A stretch of 64,000 nucleotides of DNA from an uncultured Flavobacteriales bacterium (GTDB lineage Bacteria; Bacteroidota; Bacteroidia; Flavobacteriales; Blattabacteriaceae), in assembly GCA_964246735.1 (NCBI GenBank), contig CAXTRI010000001.1, forward strand, positions 100,420 through 164,419, given 5' to 3'. The notes under the pieces were generated by a model. The model searched no databases. It had not been told where the DNA came from and worked only from the letters and a program-made list of their open reading frames with translations. Both the position numbers and the translations under genes were made by a program. Shown here one piece after another: positions 9,710 through 18,716 of the stretch (its first letter is position 1; each line of letters opens with the position of its first letter).

Positions 9710-10129
9710 ATGATCTTTTATTTTTTGGAAGCTAATTTTAAATTAGACAACGAAAAACTATTACGTAGCTGTTTATTATCGTTGATAAAACATGAAAATG
9801 GAATTTTAGGAGAAATAAATTATATTTATTGTACTGATGAAAATTTATTTTTGATAAATAAAAAATATCTCAATTATGAAATTTATACTGATGTGATCAC
9901 TTTTAACTATGTGAGATACACAAAAATTTCAGGTGATATTTTTATAAGTTTAGATAGAGTAAAGGAAAATGCTGTAAAGTGGGGTGTTTCGTTTGAAAGA
10001 GAACTTTATCGAATAATGATTCATGGTGTATTACATTTATTAACCTATAATGATGAATTTCATCATGAAAAATTTATTATGCAAGATAAAGAGAACTTTT
10101 ATTTAGATTTACTTTTTTTAAAAAGTTAA
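9710..10129 (+). CDS. ybeY: rRNA maturation endoribonuclease YbeY
   Basis: Has the metal-binding motif 'HGVLHLLTYNDEFHHE' (H..H.....H). Size is 139 aa. Confidence 0.85.
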   Translation: MIFYFLEANFKLDNEKLLRSCLLSLIKHENGILGEINYIYCTDENLFLINKKYLNYEIYTDVITFNYVRYTKISGDIFISLDRVKENAVKWGVSFERELYRIMIHGVLHLLTYNDEFHHEKFIMQDKENFYLDLLFLKS

Positions 10130-10131
10130 AA

Positions 10132-11955
10132 ATGTTTTATGATGTAATTGTAGTAGGTGGTGGTCATGCAGGAGCAGAAGCAGCGGCTTCTGCCGCTAGA
10201 ATGGGATCTAGCGTTTTACTAATAACTATGAACCTCCAAACTATTGGACAAATGTCGTGTAATCCATCAATGGGAGGAATAGCTACTGGACAAATTGTTA
10301 GAGAAATTGATGCTTTAGGCGGATTTACTGGGATTATTTCTGATCACACAATGATTCAATTTAGGATGTTAAATAGCTCTAAAGGAGAAGCAATGTGGAG
10401 TCCGCGAGCGCAATTAGACCGAAAACGGTTTTCTGATAGTTGGCGTATAGTATTGGAAAGCATTCCAAGAATATCTTTTTGTCAAGACTCAGTCGTTGAA
10501 CTTTTGATTATAAATGAAAAAGTATGCGGAGTAAAAACAGCGCTTGGCGTAGAAATTAAAAGTAACGCTGTAATATTAACTAATGGAACTTTTCTTAATG
10601 GATTGATTCATATTGGAGAGAAAAAAATTAGTGGGGGTCGTATTTCTGAAAAAACTACTACAGATCTTTCATTCCAGCTAAAATGTTTAGGGTTTGCTGT
10701 CGGTAGAATGAAGACTGGAACGTCACCTAGAGTTGATGGAAGATCATTAAATTATTTTAAAATGATTGAACAGCCTGGGGATGCTGATCCTAAAAAATTC
10801 TCTTTCTTAGAAACTCCTCCTTTAGTAAAACAATTTAGTTGTTATATTACTTATACTTCTGAAATAGTCCACGACATTTTACGTACTGGATTTGATCGTT
10901 CACCTAATTTTAATGGTTCTATCAATAGTAAAGGTCCACGTTATTGTCCCTCGATCGAAGATAAGATTTATAGATTCTCTGACCGTACTCGTCATCAAAT
11001 TTTCGCTGAACCAGAGGGTTTTAATACAACTGAGGTATATGTAAATGGTTTTTCTACTTCTCTGCCTCAAGAATTACAATATGAGGCTATACATAAAATT
11101 CCTGGTTTTGAAAGAGCTAAAATATTAAGACCAGGCTATGCAATAGAATATGATTATTTTTCTCCTATTCAATTAAATCACTCATTAGAAACAAAACAAA
11201 TAAAAAATTTATTTCTTTCAGGTCAGATAAACGGTACCACCGGATATGAAGTAGCAGCGGCACAAGGATTAATAGCAGGAATAAACGCTCATTTAAAAAT
11301 TCAAGGAAAAGCTCCTTTTATTCTGCTTAGAAATGAAGCTTATATTGGTGTATTAATAGATGATTTAGTTACTAAAGGGACAGATGAGCCTTATCGTATG
11401 TTTACTTCTCGAGCAGAATATAGAATATTACTAAGACAAGATAATGCAGATGAGCGACTTACTCCATATGCAGTTGATTTAGGATTAGTAGAAAATAACA
11501 GATTAAAAAAGCTTGAAGAAAAACTAAATAAAGTAGAGAAATGTGTAACTTATTTAAGTAGAGAAATAAGAACACTAAATAAAATTACTCAACCAACTAG
11601 ACTATCAACATTACTTTCAAGACCAGAAATTTCATACGAAGATTTATTTTTTATACCAGATATTAAAGAATATGGTAAATTTAATAAATTGAAGGAAGAA
11701 GAATGGCAGCAAGTTTCGATAAGAATTAAGTATAAAGCTTATATAGAGCGTGAAAGAGAAATGGCAATTAATCTAATACGTCTTGAAAAGATTCGTCTTC
11801 CTAAGGGTTTTGATTATAAAAAAATACAGGCATTATCCGTCGAGGCACAAGAAAAACTTAATACACATTTTCCCAATTCTATTGGACAAGCTTCTAGAAT
11901 TAGTGGAATATCTCCTTCTGATATTAGTAGGCTTATTTTTTATATGAGGAGATAG
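10132..11955 (+). CDS. mnmG: tRNA uridine 5-carboxymethylaminomethyl modification enzyme MnmG (GidA)
   Basis: FAD-binding 'YDVIVVGGGHAGAEAA', plus 'GPRYCPSIEDK' and 'QINGTTGYEVAAAQG'. Confidence 0.95.
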   Translation: MFYDVIVVGGGHAGAEAAASAARMGSSVLLITMNLQTIGQMSCNPSMGGIATGQIVREIDALGGFTGIISDHTMIQFRMLNSSKGEAMWSPRAQLDRKRFSDSWRIVLESIPRISFCQDSVVELLIINEKVCGVKTALGVEIKSNAVILTNGTFLNGLIHIGEKKISGGRISEKTTTDLSFQLKCLGFAVGRMKTGTSPRVDGRSLNYFKMIEQPGDADPKKFSFLETPPLVKQFSCYITYTSEIVHDILRTGFDRSPNFNGSINSKGPRYCPSIEDKIYRFSDRTRHQIFAEPEGFNTTEVYVNGFSTSLPQELQYEAIHKIPGFERAKILRPGYAIEYDYFSPIQLNHSLETKQIKNLFLSGQINGTTGYEVAAAQGLIAGINAHLKIQGKAPFILLRNEAYIGVLIDDLVTKGTDEPYRMFTSRAEYRILLRQDNADERLTPYAVDLGLVENNRLKKLEEKLNKVEKCVTYLSREIRTLNKITQPTRLSTLLSRPEISYEDLFFIPDIKEYGKFNKLKEEEWQQVSIRIKYKAYIEREREMAINLIRLEKIRLPKGFDYKKIQALSVEAQEKLNTHFPNSIGQASRISGISPSDISRLIFYMRR

Positions 11956-11967
11956 AGAAACACACAT

Positions 11968-12033
11968 CTATTATTCTATTATTCTATTATTCTATTATTC
12001 TATTATTCTATTATTCCATTATTCCATTATTCC
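11968..12033. repeat. 8-nt tandem array: (CTATTATT) x6 + (CCATTATT) x2
   Basis: Read directly. It fills most of the 89-bp spacer between the convergent mnmG (stop 11953-11955) and leuS (stop 12045-12047). Confidence 0.95.
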
Positions 12034-12044
12034 TCTATCTTTCT

Positions 12045-14723
12045 TTATCTGCTGACAATAAAATTGATTACTAAATAAGGAATAAATATTATTTTAAAAA
12101 AGGTATTAATTTTGGAAATTTGTATCATTTTTGGATGATTTAGTAATCTATCTATAATAGACTTTTCTTTTCCTTCAAAAGAGAAATGCATTTGAAAAAC
12201 AAAATTTCCATTATAAATGATGGATATTTGTATAGTTTTTTCTGAAAGATATTTTTCGTCTGAAAAAGGAATAGGATTAAAGCTAACGGAATTTTTATAT
12301 CCCAAGCAATGCCAAAGTTCTTCAGATATATGTGGAGCAAAAGGTGCTATTAATCTAACAATAGGTTCTATAATAGATATTTTTCTACATTTAATTGCAC
12401 TTAATTCATTGATTGAAATCATAAAATAACTTATTGTTGTGTTGAAAGAAAAAAAAACCATATCTTCTCTTATTTTTTTAATTAAATTATGTAAGATTTT
12501 ATATTCTTTTAATGATGGAGAGAAGTTTGAATCTTCGATAAAAAAGTATCCTTTTTTATGAAACATAATCCATAGTTTCTTTATGAAATGATGGACACCA
12601 TTGATGCCTTGATCGATCCAAGGTTTATCTTGTTTAATAGGACCAAGAAACATTTCATATATTCTAAGGGTATCCGCTCCGTATTGATAGCATATTTTAT
12701 CTGGGTTAATAACATTAAACTTGGATTTTGACATTTTTTCTACTACTCTTTTACAGTAAAATAGTCCATTTTCTGTTATTAACTCTGCCTTAGAAAATTC
12801 TTTACGCCAAGTTTTAAATTTGTCTATATCTAGAATATTATTATTTTTTAGTAGTTGGATATCAATGGGGACTTTTTGAACGTTTTGGATATTTTTTATG
12901 AGACCAGAGGATAAAAATTGCTGTGTATCATTAATTTTTGAGATAAAAGCAGAATTTCCAAGAATCAATCCTTGGTTTATCAATTTTTCGAACGGTTCAT
13001 ATGATATTATCCAATAATGATCCTTAAGTAATTTGTGCCAAAAACGGGCATAAATTAAATGTCCTGTTGCATGTTCTGCTCCACCAATATACACGTCTAC
13101 ACTTTTCCAATAAGCTTCAGCTTCATCTTCAATAAAAGATTCGTTAATATTTTTCTTCATATAACGAAGCATATACCAGCTAGATCCTGCCCATGATGGC
13201 ATAGTACTTGTTTCAATAGAAAATTGATTTTTTTTATTTATTAGATTGTTAGAAGCAACTTCTTTTTTTATTTCATCCCAAGACCAATGCATGGCTCTTT
13301 TTAAAGGTGTGTCTACTGCTTTCGTAGCAATAAATAAATCTATTTCAGGTAATAATAAAGGCAATTTATTTTCAGTTATTCCATTTTTTTTATAAAATAT
13401 TGGAATGGGTTCTCCCCAATATCGTTGTCGTGAGAAAATAACATCACTTAAACGATAGTTTATCGTCCCATATCCTACACCTTTTTCTATTATTTTTTTT
13501 ATAGAACTCTTAATATAATGAGTAGGAATTCTGTATTCCTTATTTTGGACAAGACAAACTGCTCCTGTACGATAACTTGACAATACAGAATCACTAATAA
13601 TAATAGGAATTTCTTTTTTTGAAAAAGGGTTTCTTGCATAAAGACCTATAAATATTCCAGAAAAAATTTTGTGTTTAGATTTTTTGTTTTTAATTTTCTC
13701 TATGAATTCTTCTACTTCTTTTTTATATTTCTCTGGAAATCTACCTAATTTTATTACAGGATGGTCAGTAGCTAATACTATAAAACTAGCTTCAAATATT
13801 GAATATGGTTGTTTGGTAAAAATTACAAAACAGAAAGGATGAGTAATAATAGAAAAAAAAAGTTTTGATCCAAAGGCTTTTCCAATCCAATTACGCTGAA
13901 TTTCTTTCAGAGCCTTTGGCCATTCTATTTTTTTTAAACCAGACAATAGCCTTTCAGCAAAAGCGCTGAGGCGCATATTCCATTGGATCATCGTTTTCTG
14001 ATAGACTAGATAACCTCCTCGTTCACTTCTTCCATCTTTTACCTCATCATTAGCTAATACTGTTCCTAAATCTTTACACCAGTTTACTGAAGCTCTTGAA
14101 CGATAAGCGAGACGAAAATTTTTTAATATTTCTTCTTTCTTTTGAAAAGAAAATCTATTCCATTTTTCTTTTGAAAATCTTTTTATGTTACTTCCAGTAA
14201 CAGCTTTTACTTTCCAAGACCCTTCACTTTCAAAAAGTTTTGTTAACTCAACTATATAACGAGTTTTTTTAAGCTTTTTATCAAACCACGAATTCAAAAA
14301 TTGTAAAAAAATCCATTGTGTCCATCTATAATAATAAGGATCACTTGTTTTTATTTCTCTTGTCCAATCTAAAGAAAACCCTAATTCTTCAATTTGTTTT
14401 TTATATTTTTTTATATTGGTTTCAGTGGTTATGATAGGATGCAATCCTGTTTGTATGGCAAATTGTTCTGTTGGGAGTCCGAAAGAATCAAATCCTATTG
14501 GATGAAGTACGTTATATCCTTCAGATCGTTTAAATCTAGCATAAATATCGGATACAATATACCCTATTACATGCCCGACATGTAAACCTGATCCTGAAGG
14601 ATAAGGAAACATATCCAGGACATAACATTTATCCTTATTGAAAAGATTATTTGCTTCAAATATTTTTGATATTCTCCAATAATCTTGCCAAATTTGTTCT
14701 ATTTTTTTAAAAGTATATGTCAT
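12045..14723 (-). CDS. leuS: leucine--tRNA ligase
   Basis: HIGH-type 'SGLHVGHVIGY' and 'KMSKSKFN'. The start is placed at the second ATG ('MTYTFKKIEQIWQDYW'), which fits the usual LeuS N-terminus. The ORF track starts 10 codons earlier, at 14753. Confidence 0.93.
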   Translation of the reverse strand: MTYTFKKIEQIWQDYWRISKIFEANNLFNKDKCYVLDMFPYPSGSGLHVGHVIGYIVSDIYARFKRSEGYNVLHPIGFDSFGLPTEQFAIQTGLHPIITTETNIKKYKKQIEELGFSLDWTREIKTSDPYYYRWTQWIFLQFLNSWFDKKLKKTRYIVELTKLFESEGSWKVKAVTGSNIKRFSKEKWNRFSFQKKEEILKNFRLAYRSRASVNWCKDLGTVLANDEVKDGRSERGGYLVYQKTMIQWNMRLSAFAERLLSGLKKIEWPKALKEIQRNWIGKAFGSKLFFSIITHPFCFVIFTKQPYSIFEASFIVLATDHPVIKLGRFPEKYKKEVEEFIEKIKNKKSKHKIFSGIFIGLYARNPFSKKEIPIIISDSVLSSYRTGAVCLVQNKEYRIPTHYIKSSIKKIIEKGVGYGTINYRLSDVIFSRQRYWGEPIPIFYKKNGITENKLPLLLPEIDLFIATKAVDTPLKRAMHWSWDEIKKEVASNNLINKKNQFSIETSTMPSWAGSSWYMLRYMKKNINESFIEDEAEAYWKSVDVYIGGAEHATGHLIYARFWHKLLKDHYWIISYEPFEKLINQGLILGNSAFISKINDTQQFLSSGLIKNIQNVQKVPIDIQLLKNNNILDIDKFKTWRKEFSKAELITENGLFYCKRVVEKMSKSKFNVINPDKICYQYGADTLRIYEMFLGPIKQDKPWIDQGINGVHHFIKKLWIMFHKKGYFFIEDSNFSPSLKEYKILHNLIKKIREDMVFFSFNTTISYFMISINELSAIKCRKISIIEPIVRLIAPFAPHISEELWHCLGYKNSVSFNPIPFSDEKYLSEKTIQISIIYNGNFVFQMHFSFEGKEKSIIDRLLNHPKMIQISKINTFFKIIFIPYLVINFIVSR

Positions 14724-14893
14724 AGAGATATATAAAATACTATTTCTCTCCATTTTTTTTATTTTCAGTAATTATTTCTATTACTATCAAAAACACATTA
14801 AGTAAAATATGTATTATCTAATAAGTAAGTCTTATTTTTTAGAGCTAATAAACATTATCTTAGCTATACTTTTTACTGATAAGTTGATTCATC

Positions 14894-15847
14894 GTGAATT
14901 ATCAGCACTATACTTTTATAGCAGACAAAAATCAAGAACCTTTACGCATTGATAAATTTTTAAGGAATAGCATATCTAATACAACACGCAATAAAATAAA
15001 AGATTCTTTTTCCAAAGAAAAAATTTATGTGAACAATTTTTTAGTTAAGAAAAATTATCGCGTAAAACCGTTAGATGTAATCAGTGTAATGATGGATTAT
15101 CCGAAAAAAGTCCTTCAAGAAGACATTTCTTTAAATATTATATATGAAGACGATGATTTAATTGTCATTAACAAACCACAAGGTTTTGTTGTTCAAACAG
15201 GATATGGGAATTATAAAGGAACATTATTACATGCTATTAAATTTCATTTAAATAAAATAGGGCTAAAGAAAATTCCAGAAAGAATGGGTCTTGTGCATCG
15301 ATTAGATAAAGAAACTTCTGGATTGCTTCTGGTCGCTAAAAATGATTTTTCTCTCCAACATTTAACTTATCAATTTTTTACACGAAGTTTATATAGGCGT
15401 TATATAGCTCTTGTTTGGGGAAATTTGGAAGGACATGGAACTATTAAAGGGAATATTGGGAGAAGTTTAATAGATAAAAAACGTATGGAAATTTTTTCTG
15501 ATGGATCTTTTGGAAAAAATTCAGTCACTCATTATAAAGTTTTAGAAAAGCTTAATAATCTTACGCTGGTGTCTTGTCGTATAGACACAGGAAGAACCCA
15601 TCAAATAAGAACACATTTTACTAATTTAGGAAATCCAATTTTTAATGATACTCGTTATGGAGGAAGTAATAAAACACAAATTAAAGATTGTTTATCTATT
15701 TTGCAGGGACAGTTTTTACACGCTCAATCTTTCATTTTTATTCACCCTATCACTGGAAAACCTATGCATTTTGAGGTTCCTTTATCTAAAAAAATGTATG
15801 CAATATTAGAAATATTACGTAATTATATCATACAAATAGAAAGATAA
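14894..15847 (+). CDS. rluD: 23S rRNA pseudouridine synthase, RluA family (RluD-like)
   Basis: N-terminal S4-like domain and catalytic 'HRLDKETSGLLLVAK'. GTG start. Confidence 0.88.
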   Translation: MNYQHYTFIADKNQEPLRIDKFLRNSISNTTRNKIKDSFSKEKIYVNNFLVKKNYRVKPLDVISVMMDYPKKVLQEDISLNIIYEDDDLIVINKPQGFVVQTGYGNYKGTLLHAIKFHLNKIGLKKIPERMGLVHRLDKETSGLLLVAKNDFSLQHLTYQFFTRSLYRRYIALVWGNLEGHGTIKGNIGRSLIDKKRMEIFSDGSFGKNSVTHYKVLEKLNNLTLVSCRIDTGRTHQIRTHFTNLGNPIFNDTRYGGSNKTQIKDCLSILQGQFLHAQSFIFIHPITGKPMHFEVPLSKKMYAILEILRNYIIQIER

Positions 15848-15910
15848 ATGAAAGAAAAAATATTGTATATTTGTGGATCATCTTTTAATGTTACAAAAAA
15901 ACACTGATGA

Positions 15911-15983
15911 GGCTCCTTAATTTAATTGGATAGAATATGGGAATCCGGGTCCCAAAGTGAAGGTTCAATCCCTTCAGAAGTCA
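15911..15983 (+). tRNA. tRNA-Arg (anticodon CCG)
   Basis: Manual fold: acceptor GGCTCCT/AGAAGTC (one C:A mismatch, one G:U), anticodon stem TGGGA/TCCCA, loop ATCCGGG, T arm GAAGG-TTCAATC-CCTTC. Confidence 0.75.
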
Positions 15984-15993
15984 CAAGAAGAAA

Positions 15994-16066
15994 GATGCCT
16001 TAGCTCAGATGGTTAGAGCGGTGGATTGAAAATCCATGTGCCCCAGTTCGAATCTGGGAGGTATCA
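15994..16066 (+). tRNA. tRNA-Phe (anticodon GAA)
   Basis: Acceptor GATGCCT/AGGTATC, D arm GCTC-AGATGGTTA-GAGC, anticodon loop TTGAAAA, T-loop TTCGAAT. Confidence 0.93.
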
Positions 16067-16111
16067 CTTTATGTTTAGGTGTCTCTAAGTTAAGAAAGCC
16101 AAGTTTAAGTT

Positions 16112-16143
16112 TAGAAGCTTTGCTTCTTAGAAGCTTTGCTTCT
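16112..16143. repeat. 16-nt direct duplication, each unit a small palindrome (AGAAGC-TTT-GCTTCT)
   Basis: tagaagctttgcttct occurs twice back to back. It lies between tRNA-Phe (+) and the tyrS stop (-). Confidence 0.9.
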
Positions 16144-16155
16144 GATTAGATATAG

Positions 16156-17439
16156 CTATCTTACATCTAAAATAAAACAGTTTTTTTTTCCTTTTTGAAT
16201 CAGAACGTAGTGATCTGCAATAATAGAATTTTCGTTAATAACGAAATTATCGTCTACTTTTTCTCTATTAACTAAAATAGATTTTTCTTTCAAAGCGCGT
16301 ATTGCCTCTCCTTTAGATGAAAAAAAGCCACTATTTTCTGTTAATGCCTCTAAAATAGAGATACCTCTTTGCAATAGGTCTCTATTGATTTGTTTATGCG
16401 TAACTCCCTGAAAAACAGATAAAAATGATTTTTCATCTAATGATAAAAGATAGTGGGATTTACCCTTTCCAAATAAAAAATTTGATAAGTTAAGGGATTT
16501 TTTATAGTTTTCTTCTCCATGGATCAATTTAGTCATGGTTTTAGCTAGAACTTTTTGGATAATTCGCTTATATGGAGCTTTATTATGAGAAAATAATAAA
16601 TGATTTATTTCGTCTTTTTTAAGAAAAGAATAGAACCTAATAAAACGAATGGCCTCCTCATCAGAAATATTAAGCCAGAATTGATAAAAGCGATAAGGAG
16701 ATGTTTTTCTATAGTCGAGCCATATATTTTCATTATTATCACTTTTTCCAAATTTAGTTCCATTGGATTTCGTGATTAGTGGAAACGTTATGCCATAAGC
16801 TGGTTCACCAGTTATTCTACGAATAAGTTCGATTCCTGAAAGAATATTTCCCCATTGATCAGATCCTCCAATTTGAATACGGCAATTTTCATTTACAAAA
16901 AGATGATAAAAATCATAGGCTTGTAGTAGTTGATAAGTGAATTCTGTAAATGATATTCCTTCAGATTCTGACTTTAACCGTGATTTAACAGATTCCTTAG
17001 TCATCATATAATTTACCGATAGATTCTTTCCAATGTCTCTAACAAAATTTATAAAAGATAGCTGCCCTATCCAATCAAAATTATTTAGTAATTTAGTTTT
17101 CTCTACCGTTAAAAAAAGTTCTAATTGTTTTTGTATGCAATGAACATTGTGTCGTAACATTTCTTTATCCAGCAATGTTCGTTCTTTATATTTTCCTGAT
17201 GGATCACCTATCATCCCTGTTGCTCCCCCAATGATAGTTAAAGTTTTATAACCAAATCTATGAAAATGCTCTAATAAACATATAGGAAGTAAATGACCTA
17301 TATGTAATGAGTCAGATGTAGGATCAATTCCTAAATAAAGAAGATTTGACTCTTTTTTTAACTGTTCTTTAATTCCTATTGTATATTTAGAAAGCAGCCC
17401 CCGCCAAGCTAATTCTTTTAGTATATCGCAATCTTTCAT
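16156..17439 (-). CDS. tyrS: tyrosine--tRNA ligase
   Basis: HIGH-type 'DSLHIGHLLP', KMSKS-type 'KFGKS', and a C-terminal S4-like domain. Confidence 0.95.
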   Translation of the reverse strand: MKDCDILKELAWRGLLSKYTIGIKEQLKKESNLLYLGIDPTSDSLHIGHLLPICLLEHFHRFGYKTLTIIGGATGMIGDPSGKYKERTLLDKEMLRHNVHCIQKQLELFLTVEKTKLLNNFDWIGQLSFINFVRDIGKNLSVNYMMTKESVKSRLKSESEGISFTEFTYQLLQAYDFYHLFVNENCRIQIGGSDQWGNILSGIELIRRITGEPAYGITFPLITKSNGTKFGKSDNNENIWLDYRKTSPYRFYQFWLNISDEEAIRFIRFYSFLKKDEINHLLFSHNKAPYKRIIQKVLAKTMTKLIHGEENYKKSLNLSNFLFGKGKSHYLLSLDEKSFLSVFQGVTHKQINRDLLQRGISILEALTENSGFFSSKGEAIRALKEKSILVNREKVDDNFVINENSIIADHYVLIQKGKKNCFILDVR

Positions 17440-17536
17440 TTATTTACAAAACTATTAAACAAATAGTTTTAATAGTTTCTTATAAAAACAATTTTTAGCC
17501 TTTGTATTGTATCCTTTCTAAATATAGAATATTTAT

Positions 17537-18700
17537 ATGATAATTAAAATTTTTGACACTACTTTAAGAGATGGTGAACAGGTTCCAGGGTCTAAATTAG
17601 AAAGCTATAATAAAATAGAAATTGCTAGGCGACTTGAAAAACTCGGCGTAGATGTAATAGAAGCAGGCTTTCCTATTTCTAGTCCAAGTGACTTTCATTC
17701 AGTAGTCGAAATCTCTCATGCTGTTTCTGATCCAATAATCTGCGTTCTATCAAGGGCGATTAAGAAAGATATAGAAATAGCAGCAAAATCTCTCGAAGGC
17801 GCTAAAAAGTCACGTATTCATATTGGAATAGGAACTTCAGACTGTCACATTCGTTATAAGTTTAATAGTATGCCAGAAAAAATTCTTGAGATAGCTGTAG
17901 AATCTGTAAAATATGCTAAGCGATTTGTAGAGGAGGTCCAATTCTATACTGAAGATGCAGGTAGAACCCAAAATGAATTTTTAGCGAAAGTTTGTGAAGG
18001 AGTCATAAAAGCAGGGGCCACTATATTAAACATTCCCGATACTACCGGCTTTTGTTTACCAAAAGTTTATGGAGAAAAAATTCGCTATATTAAAGAAAAT
18101 GTGAATGGCATAAATAAAGCAATTATTTCTACGCACTGTCATAATGATCTAGGTTTAGCAACAGCTAATTCTTTGGAAGGTGTAATAAATGGTGCTGAAC
18201 AAGTAGAATGCACTATAAATGGGTTAGGAGAACGAGCAGGAAATACAGCCCTTGAAGAAATCGTTATGCTCTTTAAAAAACATAGTTATTTAGGAATTGA
18301 AACTTCAATTAAGACAGAATTACTATGTCTTACAAGTGAATTTATAACGAAATGTACTGGAATTTCTGTTCAATCGAATAAAGCAATAGTAGGAGCAAAC
18401 GCTTTTGCTCATTCTTCTGGAATACACCAAGACGGTCTTATAAAAAAAGTTAAAAATTATGAGATTATTGATATTAAAAATGTCGGTATAAAGGAATCAC
18501 GCCTAATTCTAAATCCTCGTAGTGGCAGATCAGCGCTATCTTATCGTTATCAGATGCTTGGATATTTTATATCAAAGGAGAATATAGCTGCTATATATCC
18601 ATTATTTCTTAAATATGCGGAAAAAAAAAAGGAAATCCAAGACGAAGATATAAAAATGATGTTAAAGCTAGCAAAAAGTTCTACTTCTATTTTTAGCTAG
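17537..18700 (+). CDS. leuA: 2-isopropylmalate synthase (short form, 387 aa)
   Basis: 'TLRDGEQ', '[13 protein letters not shown]' and '[11 protein letters not shown]'. It is the first gene of a contiguous leuA-leuC-leuD-leuB block. Confidence 0.9.
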   Translation: MIIKIFDTTLRDGEQVPGSKLESYNKIEIARRLEKLGVDVIEAGFPISSPSDFHSVVEISHAVSDPIICVLSRAIKKDIEIAAKSLEGAKKSRIHIGIGTSDCHIRYKFNSMPEKILEIAVESVKYAKRFVEEVQFYTEDAGRTQNEFLAKVCEGVIKAGATILNIPDTTGFCLPKVYGEKIRYIKENVNGINKAIISTHCHNDLGLATANSLEGVINGAEQVECTINGLGERAGNTALEEIVMLFKKHSYLGIETSIKTELLCLTSEFITKCTGISVQSNKAIVGANAFAHSSGIHQDGLIKKVKNYEIIDIKNVGIKESRLILNPRSGRSALSYRYQMLGYFISKENIAAIYPLFLKYAEKKKEIQDEDIKMMLKLAKSSTSIFS

Positions 18701-18716
18701 TATTTAGAATTAGAAT

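Noticed and set aside
11968-12033. Tandem arrays (here and at 21728-21792) as possible CRISPR or iteron-type elements
   Set aside because: The units are 8-10 nt and directly abutting, with no spacers. There are no cas genes and no replication-gene context. They are simple tandem repeats.
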